Sequence record: SRR20825006_999
DNA: 64,000 bases
Reading direction: 5' to 3' (one strand)
The notes beneath the pieces are model-generated. The model was not told where the DNA came from and did no database searches. It saw only the letters and a program-made list of their open reading frames with translations. The stretch's first letter is position 1. Every line of letters begins with the position of its first letter. The position numbers and the translations under genes are program-made. Positions 20,721 through 30,482 of this stretch are shown piece after piece.

Positions 20721-21752
20721 TTAAAGGTCTGTTTTTATGCGTAGATGACTTTTATTTAGTTGATCCGGAGAAGTACAACCCAATAGCGTTAAAGCAATTT
20801 TAAGACTATTTTTCCATGCTAAGAATACTTCATCCAAACCTTTGTACCCATTTTTGTTAATTGCTTGGATAACAGGTTGTGCTGTTGCCGAAAATGAAGC
20901 CCCAAGGCAAATAGCTTTTGCGATATCAAGTGATGAGCGAATTCCACCTGAAGCAACTACTTCAAAGCTTCTCTCCCACTGTAATGAGGTAATGTCTAGA
21001 AGACAATCCGTGGTAGAAATACCCCATTCATTAAATAAATGATTTTCTTTCAGATGATTGACTCTAGCGTTTTCAACCTTAGCCCAACTAGTTCCTCCTG
21101 CCCCAGCAACATCAAGAACCGACACTCCCGTATTAAGAAGTCTCTTGGCCGTGTATTTAGAAATTCCTGCTCCAGTTTCCTTCACAATAATTGGAACTGA
21201 AGAGTTCTCTACTAATGATTGAATGCCATCGATTATGCCTTTGAAATTTCTGTCGCCTTCTGGCTGCATCAATTCTTGAAGAGGATTCAAGTGAACAATT
21301 ACGGCGTTCGCTTCAATGCTTTCAATAAGAAGTTGGACTTTATCCTTTGGCAAGCCCCCAATTAATTGAGCACCACCAATATTAGAGCATATAAAAGCTG
21401 TTGGTGCTTTTTTGCGTACAATAGAAAACGTTTCTGTTAAAGACTCATCCTCTAACATTGCACGTTGGCTTCCTACACCAAAAGGAAGGTTATGGTCTTC
21501 GCAAAACTCTGCTATTATAGCATTAATAGGTTCTGCATCAGCGTAACCGCCCGTCATTGATGAAATAAATAGCGGAAATGAGAACGTTCGACCTAAGAAA
21601 GTCGCTTCAGTAGAAACTTCATTAAAATTAATCTCTGGAAGAGCATTATGATTGAATTCATAATTATCAAACCCAGAATTCTTCTCATATTGAGTAGCCC
21701 CAGTGCTAGTTAATTCTATGTGATCTTTTTTTCTTTGCTGAATTTTACTCAT
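20721..21752 (-). CDS. fni: Type 2 isopentenyl-diphosphate delta-isomerase
   Basis: RKKDHI, SSMTGG, GVGSQR, HLNPLQE..QPEGD, KETG and GAGGTSW. Confidence 0.96.
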   Translation of the reverse strand: MSKIQQRKKDHIELTSTGATQYEKNSGFDNYEFNHNALPEINFNEVSTEATFLGRTFSFPLFISSMTGGYADAEPINAIIAEFCEDHNLPFGVGSQRAMLEDESLTETFSIVRKKAPTAFICSNIGGAQLIGGLPKDKVQLLIESIEANAVIVHLNPLQELMQPEGDRNFKGIIDGIQSLVENSSVPIIVKETGAGISKYTAKRLLNTGVSVLDVAGAGGTSWAKVENARVNHLKENHLFNEWGISTTDCLLDITSLQWERSFEVVASGGIRSSLDIAKAICLGASFSATAQPVIQAINKNGYKGLDEVFLAWKNSLKIALTLLGCTSPDQLNKSHLRIKTDL

Positions 21753-21846
21753 TCTTAAAGTTGCTACTTAATCTTGAAAACACAAAATCAAATTCATCAT
21801 AAACTTTAATAATTAATAACCAGAACTGGGCGTATAATTAACAAGA

Positions 21847-22356
21847 CTAGCCTTTCCAAACAGGTACAAAGCTACAAGCTTCACCGTACATTACTTTTTT
21901 TGCTGATTCCATTAACTTATTGGTAGCCAATAAATAAATGGAATCAGGTACGTGAATATCACCACAGCCTTTTAGCAGAACAAACTTATTTTGGTATCTG
22001 CTCCAATCGTACATTTCAAGATTTCGGCGATACAACTCATGTGCTATTTCTTTAGGGGAAAGATGGAAAACTTCTTTAGCAAATGAACTTGCGTGTGAGG
22101 TTATTAGCATCCAGGCCCAAGGTGCAATTATTGCATCTGTAGTACAATCCACAGAAAGGTATTTACCCGAAAACTGAGCCCAATCGAAAAGATCTAATTT
22201 CTCTCGAAAGTCTTTTTCTTTCAACAAAAGCTCCATATGCAAGAAGTCTTTAATATCCAAAGTAGCAATTGGGGTAGCATCGTAAAATAATTTTGCCAAA
22301 TCTAGGGTAACTAGCTTTGTATTGCCTTTAACTTTATTGACAATCTGTTCTTGCAT
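21847..22356 (-). CDS. DUF2480 family protein
   Basis: IVNKV, LKEKDFR, DAIIAPWA, KGC and MYGEACSFVP. Start at MQEQ (22356) avoids overlap with the upstream gene. Confidence 0.8.
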   Translation of the reverse strand: MQEQIVNKVKGNTKLVTLDLAKLFYDATPIATLDIKDFLHMELLLKEKDFREKLDLFDWAQFSGKYLSVDCTTDAIIAPWAWMLITSHASSFAKEVFHLSPKEIAHELYRRNLEMYDWSRYQNKFVLLKGCGDIHVPDSIYLLATNKLMESAKKVMYGEACSFVPVWKG

Positions 22357-22394
22357 TGGTTGGGATATATAAATGGTTTTGCAAAGAGTTTCTC

Positions 22395-22730
22395 TTAAAC
22401 AGAAAAACTCTCTCCACAAGAACAGGTACGTGAAGCATTAGGATTATGAAAATGAAACCCCTGCCCCTCCAAACCTGTTGTGTAATCAAGTTCAGTTCCT
22501 GCTAAATAGAGAAAGCTACGCATGTCAATGAGCACATTAATATCAGCGAGATTAAAGACTTTATCACTTTCTGTTGGAGTAACATCATTTTTAAAATCGA
22601 GGTCGTAAGTAAGACCAGAACAGCCTCCACTTACCACACCGATTTTAAGATATGCTTCTTTGGAGACGCCTTTTTCAAGTCGAATGATTTCTAGACGCTT
22701 TAAAGCACGTTCGCTGATGCTAATTTCCAT
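22395..22730 (-). CDS. A-type Fe-S carrier (HesB/IscA/SufA family)
   Basis: GGCSGLTY and CSCGESF. Confidence 0.95.
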   Translation of the reverse strand: MEISISERALKRLEIIRLEKGVSKEAYLKIGVVSGGCSGLTYDLDFKNDVTPTESDKVFNLADINVLIDMRSFLYLAGTELDYTTGLEGQGFHFHNPNASRTCSCGESFSV

Positions 22731-22733
22731 TAT

Positions 22734-23285
22734 TTAAACTGAAAGAACTTGAATTTCGGGGTCTATTCTTCGCACCATACTTTCGATAGCATAAAGCGTT
22801 CCTGTGCTAGCTGTTGGGCAAGTACCACAAGCACCTTGATAATGAACTTTAAGGCGATTTCCTTCTAAACCGAGTACTTTTAATCCACCACCATCTGCTA
22901 AAAGATATGGCCGCACTTGTTCGTCTAGCATTCTATTTATTTCAACAAGACGTGGGTCATCAGAATCACGAGCTTCTTTACTTACATGAACCTCATCATC
23001 TTCAACAATATTAGCTTGTGCTTCAGCTTCTCGTATTGGTGGCGCTAGCTTTCTGAGAAGCTCAGACCAAACTGCTTTTCCATCTTGAGTAACTGTGATG
23101 TATTTATCTACGTAATAAACGTTTATAACATTATCTATTGCAAATAATGCAGAAGCAAGTTGGTCGCCCTCAGCCTCTCCACTATTCTCAAAAGAACGAG
23201 TTACTCCATTTGTAAGCGGCTCGTTTAATACAAAGCGCATTGCATCCGGATTAGGGGTTCTTTCTATTTCTTTAATTTTAGCCAT
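22734..23285 (-). CDS. NifU/Nfu family Fe-S carrier (Nfu_N plus NifU_C)
   Basis: TPNPDAMRF, VRPYLLADGG and GACGTCP. Confidence 0.92.
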   Translation of the reverse strand: MAKIKEIERTPNPDAMRFVLNEPLTNGVTRSFENSGEAEGDQLASALFAIDNVINVYYVDKYITVTQDGKAVWSELLRKLAPPIREAEAQANIVEDDEVHVSKEARDSDDPRLVEINRMLDEQVRPYLLADGGGLKVLGLEGNRLKVHYQGACGTCPTASTGTLYAIESMVRRIDPEIQVLSV

Positions 23286-23297
23286 GTTTTCTCCTTG

Positions 23298-24545
23298 TTA
23301 TCCAAAAAATTCTTTTACTAACTCAATTCCTTCTACTAAAGCATCAATATCACTTTCGTTATTATAAAATGAAAGTGAAGCACGAACCGTTCCTGGTATG
23401 CCATAATGTTGCATAATAGGTTGTGCACAATGGTGCCCCGTTCTAACGGCAATGCCTTCTTGATCTAAAATAGTACCAGCATCACTAGGATGAATATCAC
23501 CGATTAAGAAAGAAATTACGGATGCTTTGTTAGTAGCAGCACCAATAATTCTCACGCTATCAATAGTATTCAATTTTTCTGTTGCGTACTCCAGAAGTTC
23601 AAGTTCTCTGGCCGCAATATTATCCATGCCAATTTCAGTGAGATAATCAATGCTTGTAGCAAATCCTATACCAGCTGAAATTGGAGGTGTGCCCGCTTCA
23701 AACTTAAAAGGAAGGTCATTCCATGTAGTTTTTTCGAAGGTCACTTTATCAATCATATCACCGCCACCACGATAAGGTGGCATTTTCTCTAAAAGATCTT
23801 TCTTGCCGTATAAAATGCCAAACCCCGTTGGTCCACACATCTTATGGGCAGAAAAAGCATAGAAATCAGCATCGAGATCTTGAACATCTACTTTCGCATG
23901 AGGAACTGCTTGAGCTCCATCAATCAAAACAGGAATATTCTTTGCATGTGCCGCTTCAATAATCTCTTTAACCGGATTAATGGTTCCTAAAGCATTTGAA
24001 ACGTGCGTAACAGCAACCATTTTTGTCTTATCTGATAATTGGTTGTAGAACTGCTCTAAAACCAATTCTCCATTATCTAGCATCGGGATGACTTTAATAA
24101 CAGAACCTGTTTGTTCTGCTATCATTTGCCAAGGCACTATATTAGCATGATGTTCCATTTCTGAAACTAGAATTTCATCTCCAGTTTTAAAATGAGCTCT
24201 GCCATAGCATTGAGCTACAAGATTAATAGAGTCTGTAGTTCCTGTAGTGAAAATGACTTCTTCTAAACTACCGGCATTAATTAAATTCTTAACTTTAGTC
24301 CGGGTAGCTTCATAAGCATCTGTTGCATTCTGGCTAAGTGAATGAATACCACGATGTACATTTGCATGTTCATTTTTGTGATAAGCATCTATCCTATCGC
24401 TAACTATTCTCGGCATTTCGCTAGATGCACCATTATCAAGATATACCAATTTTTTACCATTGATAGTTCTAGAAAGAATGGGGAAATCGGAACGGACTTT
24501 GTTCCAATCTATCTTAGTTATAATGTCGGTTGTCGTTGTTTTCAT
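23298..24545 (-). CDS. sufS: Cysteine desulfurase SufS
   Basis: YLDNGAS, HHANIVPWQ, FSAHKMCGP, FEAGTP and RTGHHCAQP. Confidence 0.96.
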   Translation of the reverse strand: MKTTTTDIITKIDWNKVRSDFPILSRTINGKKLVYLDNGASSEMPRIVSDRIDAYHKNEHANVHRGIHSLSQNATDAYEATRTKVKNLINAGSLEEVIFTTGTTDSINLVAQCYGRAHFKTGDEILVSEMEHHANIVPWQMIAEQTGSVIKVIPMLDNGELVLEQFYNQLSDKTKMVAVTHVSNALGTINPVKEIIEAAHAKNIPVLIDGAQAVPHAKVDVQDLDADFYAFSAHKMCGPTGFGILYGKKDLLEKMPPYRGGGDMIDKVTFEKTTWNDLPFKFEAGTPPISAGIGFATSIDYLTEIGMDNIAARELELLEYATEKLNTIDSVRIIGAATNKASVISFLIGDIHPSDAGTILDQEGIAVRTGHHCAQPIMQHYGIPGTVRASLSFYNNESDIDALVEGIELVKEFFG

Positions 24546-24599
24546 GCTAATTATTGAAGTTGGTTAAGGAGCAATCCTAAACAATTTCAATTTTAATAA

Positions 24600-25910
24600 T
24601 TATTTATTATCTCTATTGGTATATCTAATTACTTCATCATGAAGTAATTTTTCTACCGATTTAACGGCCATACTTTCAACACTTTCTAGAGCGAAAGCAT
24701 ATACAAGTAATTCTCTAGATTTTTGTTCGGTTAAACCACGACTTTGAAGATAAAACACTTCTTCGTCCTGCAGTTGACCAATTGTTGCACCGTGAGAGCA
24801 AAGTACGTCGTCAGCAAAAATCTCTAACTGAGGTTTTGTATGTACAGTTCCACTATCAGAAAGTAGTAAATTTCTATTTTCTTGAAAGGAATCGATTTTT
24901 TGAGCGTCTTTTGCTACAAAAATCTTACCGTTAAAAATAGAGTGTGCCGAATCGTCTACTACAACTTTATGGAGTTGATGGCTATTCCCATGAGGGAAAC
25001 GATGATCCATTATGGAATGTGTATCTGCTATTTGATCGCCATCAATTAGTACGAGTCCATCAACAGTAAAATCTACTTCTTCTGCATTTTGAATAACTCT
25101 AGGATCGTTTCTAAACAATTTTGCCCCAAGACAAATTGTATATGAATGATATGCTGAGTTTTTCTCTAAAGTTGCTACAGGTCTAGAAATATGAGAAGCC
25201 TTTTTGCTATCTCGTTGCATTCTTGCATGATGTACATGCGCACCTGTATATAACTTAAATTCCGTAACCGGAACGTTAAGGTACACGTTGTCTGCTAAGC
25301 CAATGTGCTCTTCAATAATCGTCGCTTTAGAAAACATTTCACCCACAAAAAGAAGTCGTGGAGTAGCATAAAAAGCTTTTTCAGCATCTGTAAAAACATT
25401 AAGGATGTGAATTGGACTTTCAACAACTGTTTCTTCTGGTAAATAGATAAAAGCACCATCAGAGAATGTAGCATCGTTCAACGCAGCGAATACATCGTCT
25501 TCGTAATTAGTAATGGTTCCTAGAAAAGATTTTACTGCGTCGTGGTTTGCGTTATCAGCTAAATTTCCAACAACAACGCCATTCGGCAATGCATCAATCG
25601 AAGATAATTCTTCAACATAATCTCCATTCACAAATACCAAACGCGATTTTAGCGCTTCTGGTAGATAATGCTCTGAAATATCGCCAATACTTTTTGCATT
25701 CGCTTCACTTACAGGGCAGAATGTATTCTTTGTGATAGATTTTAAATTCGTAAATCTCCATTCCTCATGTTTTCGGGTAGGGAATGCAGTGTTATTTAGC
25801 TCTTCTCTTCCACGCTCATTAATAGCGCGAATTGAGATACTCTGACTACTGCTTTCAACAGAACCAGAAAGATAGCTTAACATGGTGTCTTTCTGTAATA
25901 CTTCACTCAT
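24600..25910 (-). CDS. sufD: Fe-S cluster assembly protein SufD
   Basis: EEWRFT, PQLEIFADDVLCSHGATIG and FYLQSRG; operon context. Confidence 0.95.
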   Translation of the reverse strand: MSEVLQKDTMLSYLSGSVESSSQSISIRAINERGREELNNTAFPTRKHEEWRFTNLKSITKNTFCPVSEANAKSIGDISEHYLPEALKSRLVFVNGDYVEELSSIDALPNGVVVGNLADNANHDAVKSFLGTITNYEDDVFAALNDATFSDGAFIYLPEETVVESPIHILNVFTDAEKAFYATPRLLFVGEMFSKATIIEEHIGLADNVYLNVPVTEFKLYTGAHVHHARMQRDSKKASHISRPVATLEKNSAYHSYTICLGAKLFRNDPRVIQNAEEVDFTVDGLVLIDGDQIADTHSIMDHRFPHGNSHQLHKVVVDDSAHSIFNGKIFVAKDAQKIDSFQENRNLLLSDSGTVHTKPQLEIFADDVLCSHGATIGQLQDEEVFYLQSRGLTEQKSRELLVYAFALESVESMAVKSVEKLLHDEVIRYTNRDNK

Positions 25911-26683
25911 TACTGAGCCTCGCCTTTTAGTGCTAATTCTTTTTCGTATTGCTCGTAACCATTTGCCTCTAATTCTACAGCAAGAGAAATATCACCAGAC
26001 TTAATAATTTTGCCATCAAGCATAATGTGAACAAATCCTGGCTTAATGTAGTTCAGTAATCTTTGGTAATGGGTAATCATTACAATAGCGTTTTCGCTAT
26101 TTGCGATTTTGTTTACACCATCAGAAACTACTTTAAGAGCATCAATATCTAGACCAGAGTCAGTTTCATCTAAGAAAGATAGAACTGGATTCAGTACTGC
26201 CATTTGGAAGATTTCGTTCTTCTTTTTCTCACCACCAGAAAACCCAGTGTTAATACTTCTTTCAAGAAATTCGTTCTTCATTTCGATTACATCTAGTTTA
26301 CTAACAATGTAATCTTCAAACTCAATCGGATCGAGCTCTTCTCTATCGTTCGCACGAGCAATGGTATTATAAGCTTCGCGAAGAAGAGTTTTGTTGGTAA
26401 TACCTGGAACTTCAACCGGGTACTGAAAAGCAAGGAAAAGTCCTAAATGAGCTCTTTCGTCTGCATCAAGTTCGGTAATGTCTTGTCCGTTAAAAAGGAT
26501 TTGTCCTTCTGTAACTTCATATTCAGGATGCCCAGCCACAACTTTAGAAAGGGTACTTTTACCACTTCCATTAGGTCCCATTATGGCATGAATTTCGCCT
26601 GCGTTTACTTTAAGGTTTACACCTTTTAAAATTGAAATGTCTTCGCCGTCAACTTTGGCGTGTAGGTTTTTGATTTCTAACAC
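25910..26683 (-). CDS. sufC: Fe-S cluster assembly ATPase SufC
   Basis: [27 protein letters not shown] and [13 protein letters not shown]. Confidence 0.97.
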   Translation of the reverse strand: MLEIKNLHAKVDGEDISILKGVNLKVNAGEIHAIMGPNGSGKSTLSKVVAGHPEYEVTEGQILFNGQDITELDADERAHLGLFLAFQYPVEVPGITNKTLLREAYNTIARANDREELDPIEFEDYIVSKLDVIEMKNEFLERSINTGFSGGEKKKNEIFQMAVLNPVLSFLDETDSGLDIDALKVVSDGVNKIANSENAIVMITHYQRLLNYIKPGFVHIMLDGKIIKSGDISLAVELEANGYEQYEKELALKGEAQ

Positions 26684-26742
26684 GTTTCTACTTTTTAACT
26701 ATTTTGATTTTTAATTTCTTGTGAATTGATGAATCAATTCTT

Positions 26743-28185
26743 TTAACCAACACTACCTTCGAGCTTAATATCGAGGAGTTTATTGGCTTCAACAGCAAAT
26801 TCAAGGGGCAATTCTTTCAATACTTCTTTAACAAAACCATTTATAATCATGGAGATTGCATCTTGTTCACTAATACCACGCTGCATGAGATAGAAGATTT
26901 GCTCTTCCCCTACTCGCGATGTTGTTGCTTCGTGCTCCACACTACTATTTGAATTTTCCGATGAAATGTACGGGAAAGTGTGAGCTCCACATTCTTGGCC
27001 AATTAGCATCGAATCACAAACCGAATAGTTTCGTGCACCAGATGCGTTTTTGCCTATTCTAACTTCACCACGATAGCTATTGTTAGATTGCCCAGCAGAA
27101 ATACCTTTTGAAATGATTGTACTCTTAGTGTTTTTACCTAGGTGAATCATCTTCGTGCCAGTATCGGCTTGCTGTTTGTTTGTAGTAACAGCTACAGAGT
27201 AAAATTCACCAACCGAATTATCACCCTGAAGAATCACACTTGGGTATTTTAAAGTAACAGCAGAGCCAGTTTCTAACTGAGTCCATGAAATCTTGGAGTT
27301 TCTACCCTTGCAAATTCCACGTTTGGTTACAAAGTTGTAAATACCACCTTTACCTTCTTTATCACCAGAATACCAATTCTGAATGGTAGAATACTTTACT
27401 TCAGCGTCATCTAAGGCTACAATTTCTACAACCGCAGCGTGAAGTTGATTGGTATCATACATTGGAGCAGTACAACCTTCTAAATAGCTTACGCTAGAGC
27501 CTTCTTCAGCTACAATAAGCGTACGCTCGAACTGTCCTGATTCCATGTTATTAATACGGAAATAGGTGGAAAGTTCCATTGGGCATTTCGTATTCTTTGG
27601 GATATAACAAAACGACCCATCTGAAAATACAGCAGCATTTAACGCTGAATAAAAATTATCGCGAGCAGGAACAACGGAACCTAGATATTTTTTGATTAGT
27701 TCAGGATGCTCCTGAATGGCTTCAGAAATAGAGCAAAATATTACACCAGCCTCTGCCAACTTTTCTTTAAAAGATGTGAATATAGAAACACTGTCAAAAA
27801 CAGCATCTACAGCAACACCAGCCAGCGCTTTTTGTTCACTCAGCGGAATTCCTAACTTTTCATACGTTTCACGAATGTTTGGATCAACATCATCCATACT
27901 ATCCAATTGTGGCTTTTTCTTAGGCGCTGAATAGTAAAGAAGATTTACGAAATCTGGTTTATTATAAGTTGCATTAAACCAGGTTGGCTCAGTCATTTCA
28001 ATCCAAGCACGATAGGCTTTCAATCGATATTCGGTCATCCATTCAGGCTCGTTTTTTCTAGCCGATAGTTCTCTTACTATATCTTCGCTAATACCTTTAG
28101 GAAAGTCTTCGTATTCAACGTCGGTGGTAAAGCCATACTTGTACTCTTCACCAATCATCGACTCTAACGCTTTTGTCTCGCTCAT
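26743..28185 (-). CDS. sufB: Fe-S cluster assembly protein SufB
   Basis: [31 protein letters not shown] and HEATTS. Confidence 0.98.
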   Translation of the reverse strand: MSETKALESMIGEEYKYGFTTDVEYEDFPKGISEDIVRELSARKNEPEWMTEYRLKAYRAWIEMTEPTWFNATYNKPDFVNLLYYSAPKKKPQLDSMDDVDPNIRETYEKLGIPLSEQKALAGVAVDAVFDSVSIFTSFKEKLAEAGVIFCSISEAIQEHPELIKKYLGSVVPARDNFYSALNAAVFSDGSFCYIPKNTKCPMELSTYFRINNMESGQFERTLIVAEEGSSVSYLEGCTAPMYDTNQLHAAVVEIVALDDAEVKYSTIQNWYSGDKEGKGGIYNFVTKRGICKGRNSKISWTQLETGSAVTLKYPSVILQGDNSVGEFYSVAVTTNKQQADTGTKMIHLGKNTKSTIISKGISAGQSNNSYRGEVRIGKNASGARNYSVCDSMLIGQECGAHTFPYISSENSNSSVEHEATTSRVGEEQIFYLMQRGISEQDAISMIINGFVKEVLKELPLEFAVEANKLLDIKLEGSVG

Positions 28186-28266
28186 CAGATTCTTTTAGTC
28201 TTAAAATTATTCGTTGGATTGCATTTTGAACTGTTCTTATGCTAGTTCAGGCCAACGATTATGGTC

Positions 28267-28289
28267 TATTTAGATTTCGTCCAAATATA
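28267..28289 (-). promoter_or_regulatory. Palindromic operator overlapping the putative suf promoter
   Basis: TATTTAGA-N5-TCCAAATA (7 of 8 palindromic) overlapping a minus-strand TATATTTG at 28282-28289. Confidence 0.5.
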
Positions 28290-28385
28290 CATAATTTAGC
28301 TATCAGAAATAAATAAGAACTTATTGAGAATCTCTATCCATCTTATAAATTAATTCATGGTAAATGCACTCTGAAAGCTATGATA

Positions 28386-29369
28386 CTATGGAATAGTAAC
28401 TTCGAGTAGCTTAGTTTTTACAGTAGCCTTTATATCCACTTTAGAAATTGCATTAGGAACGAGTATACTATCACCTAATTTATAATCGATACTACCCTCT
28501 TTAAATTCTAATGTGCCACTTCCTTCAAGGCACATAAGAATTACACAGGAATCTACCTCGGAATAATCCCTACTTTCTTTTACTTCTACAATCAAGCGCT
28601 TTGTAGCAAAGTATTGGCAGTCTTCCAAATCACTTTCAGTAGCTGAAGAGTCGTATTTTGTTTTATAATCGTCATAAAAATCAAAATCAATAGCTCCTAA
28701 AGCTTCCTCTACGTGCAATTCCCGTTTGTTTCCGTCTGCGTCTACTCGATCAAAGTCATAAATTCTGTAGGTAATATCCGATGTTTGCTGAATTTCTGCT
28801 ATTAGTAGCCCTTTTCCGATTGTATGAACTCGTCCTGCTGGTAAAAAGAATACGTCATCATTATTGGCGACTTCTTTATTTAGAATTTCATTAACTCGTC
28901 CATCTTCAAAAATCTTTACATACTCATCTTTATCTGTTTTACGATTGAAACCTGAAATTAGCGTGGCTCCTTCTTCTGCATTAACTACATACCACATTTC
29001 AGTTTTACCGAATGAGTTATGCCGTTTTTGAGCTAGAGTATCATCGGGATGAACTTGAATGGATAAATCATCATTAGCATCGATGAACTTAATGAGGAGT
29101 GGGAATTTATTGCCAAATTTCTGATATATATGCTCACCAATTAAATCACCTTTATATTCATCTATCAGTTCGGTGAGTAGTTTTCCTTTTAAGTCACCCT
29201 CACTAACTTCAGAAATATTATTAGGTACCCCTGATATTTCCCAAGATTCTCCACAAATTTTACTGTCGCCTGTTTGTTTGTCTAGAATTTCTGATAATTT
29301 TGTTCCACCCCATATTTTGTCTTTCAGAATGGGAGTAAATTTCAGAGGATAAAGATTTAATTGGGACAT
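28386..29369 (-). CDS. manA: Mannose-6-phosphate isomerase, class I
   Basis: KIWGG, GESWE, LSIQVHPD, KTEMWY, GRVH and EIQQTSD. Confidence 0.92.
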   Translation of the reverse strand: MSQLNLYPLKFTPILKDKIWGGTKLSEILDKQTGDSKICGESWEISGVPNNISEVSEGDLKGKLLTELIDEYKGDLIGEHIYQKFGNKFPLLIKFIDANDDLSIQVHPDDTLAQKRHNSFGKTEMWYVVNAEEGATLISGFNRKTDKDEYVKIFEDGRVNEILNKEVANNDDVFFLPAGRVHTIGKGLLIAEIQQTSDITYRIYDFDRVDADGNKRELHVEEALGAIDFDFYDDYKTKYDSSATESDLEDCQYFATKRLIVEVKESRDYSEVDSCVILMCLEGSGTLEFKEGSIDYKLGDSILVPNAISKVDIKATVKTKLLEVTIP

Positions 29370-29386
29370 TATTCTAAAATATAGAT

Positions 29387-30349
29387 TTAGTAGTTATTGT
29401 CGCTCATTAGAGCGCAAACACATGCTGTATTAACAATATCAGTTGAGCTACAACCACGTGAAAGATCCATTATAGGTTTAGCAAGACCTTGAATAATAGG
29501 ACCCGTAGCTGTTGCTCCGGCTAGTCTTTCGGTTATTTTATAAGCAATATTTCCAGCATCTAAGTTAGGAAAGATGAACACATTAGCTTTTCCTGCTACA
29601 GTAGAGTTTGGTGCTTTTGTTTTGCCAATAGCAGGAATTAAAGCAGCGTCAAATTGTAGTTCACCATCAATAGAAAGACGGATATTCTTACTTTTAGCGA
29701 TCTCAAGTGCCTTGGTGACGAGCTCTATACCTTCAAATTTGGAGCTTCCTTTTGTTGAGAAGGAAAGTAAAGCAACATGAGCTTCTTCACCAACCAATTT
29801 AGAATGCGTTGTGGCCGAGTCTTGAGCAATTGTAGCCAATTGCTCTGCGTTTGGATATGGTACAACCGCACAATCACCGTAGGTAAATACTCTTCCATCT
29901 GGAAAGCTCATTAGAAAAGTACTAGAAACAACATTAGAGCCTTTTTTTAAACCAACTGTTTGAAGGGCTGCTCTTAGAACATCTCCGGTTGTGGAGATGG
30001 AACCTGCCACACATCCGTCGGCATCTCCCTCAGCAACCATTGAAGTAGCAAAATAAAGTGGATCTTGAACAATTTGGTAAGCTTCTTCTTCTGTAATGCC
30101 TTTATGTTTTCTCTTATTGAAGTAAGATTCAGCATACGTGTCCAGCTTTTGATCAGTGGCGGAGTTTATAAGTTCTATTTCTTTAGGGTAATCTGTAACT
30201 CCTGGGTTGGTAAGGAGAACAACTTCACATAAAGAGTTTTTATGCAAATAAGTAGCAGCTTCAATTATTCTTTTATCCGATGATCTTGGTAAAACTATTC
30301 TTCTAAGCTGCTGTTTAGCTTTCTCATGAATGCTCTTGATAATATCCAT
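29387..30349 (-). CDS. pta: Phosphate acetyltransferase
   Basis: DCAVVP.P, LSFSTKGS, DGELQFDAA, FPNLDAGNIAYK and DLSRGCS. Confidence 0.95.
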   Translation of the reverse strand: MDIIKSIHEKAKQQLRRIVLPRSSDKRIIEAATYLHKNSLCEVVLLTNPGVTDYPKEIELINSATDQKLDTYAESYFNKRKHKGITEEEAYQIVQDPLYFATSMVAEGDADGCVAGSISTTGDVLRAALQTVGLKKGSNVVSSTFLMSFPDGRVFTYGDCAVVPYPNAEQLATIAQDSATTHSKLVGEEAHVALLSFSTKGSSKFEGIELVTKALEIAKSKNIRLSIDGELQFDAALIPAIGKTKAPNSTVAGKANVFIFPNLDAGNIAYKITERLAGATATGPIIQGLAKPIMDLSRGCSSTDIVNTACVCALMSDNNY

Positions 30350-30482
30350 TACTCTATTAATTCAATTAAATTTATAGTGCTGTTGTTAATACTGATACCT
30401 ATTTAAAAGGTATGTGTTCTCTCAAATCTCATATTATCCTATTTAAACTAAAAAATAATATAAACTAGACGGTTTGGCTCGT

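Noticed and set aside
22357-22419. N-terminal extension of the DUF2480 ORF overlapping the iscA-like gene
   Set aside because: Family-like sequence begins at MQEQIVNKV (22356); the extension is probably an ORF-caller artefact.
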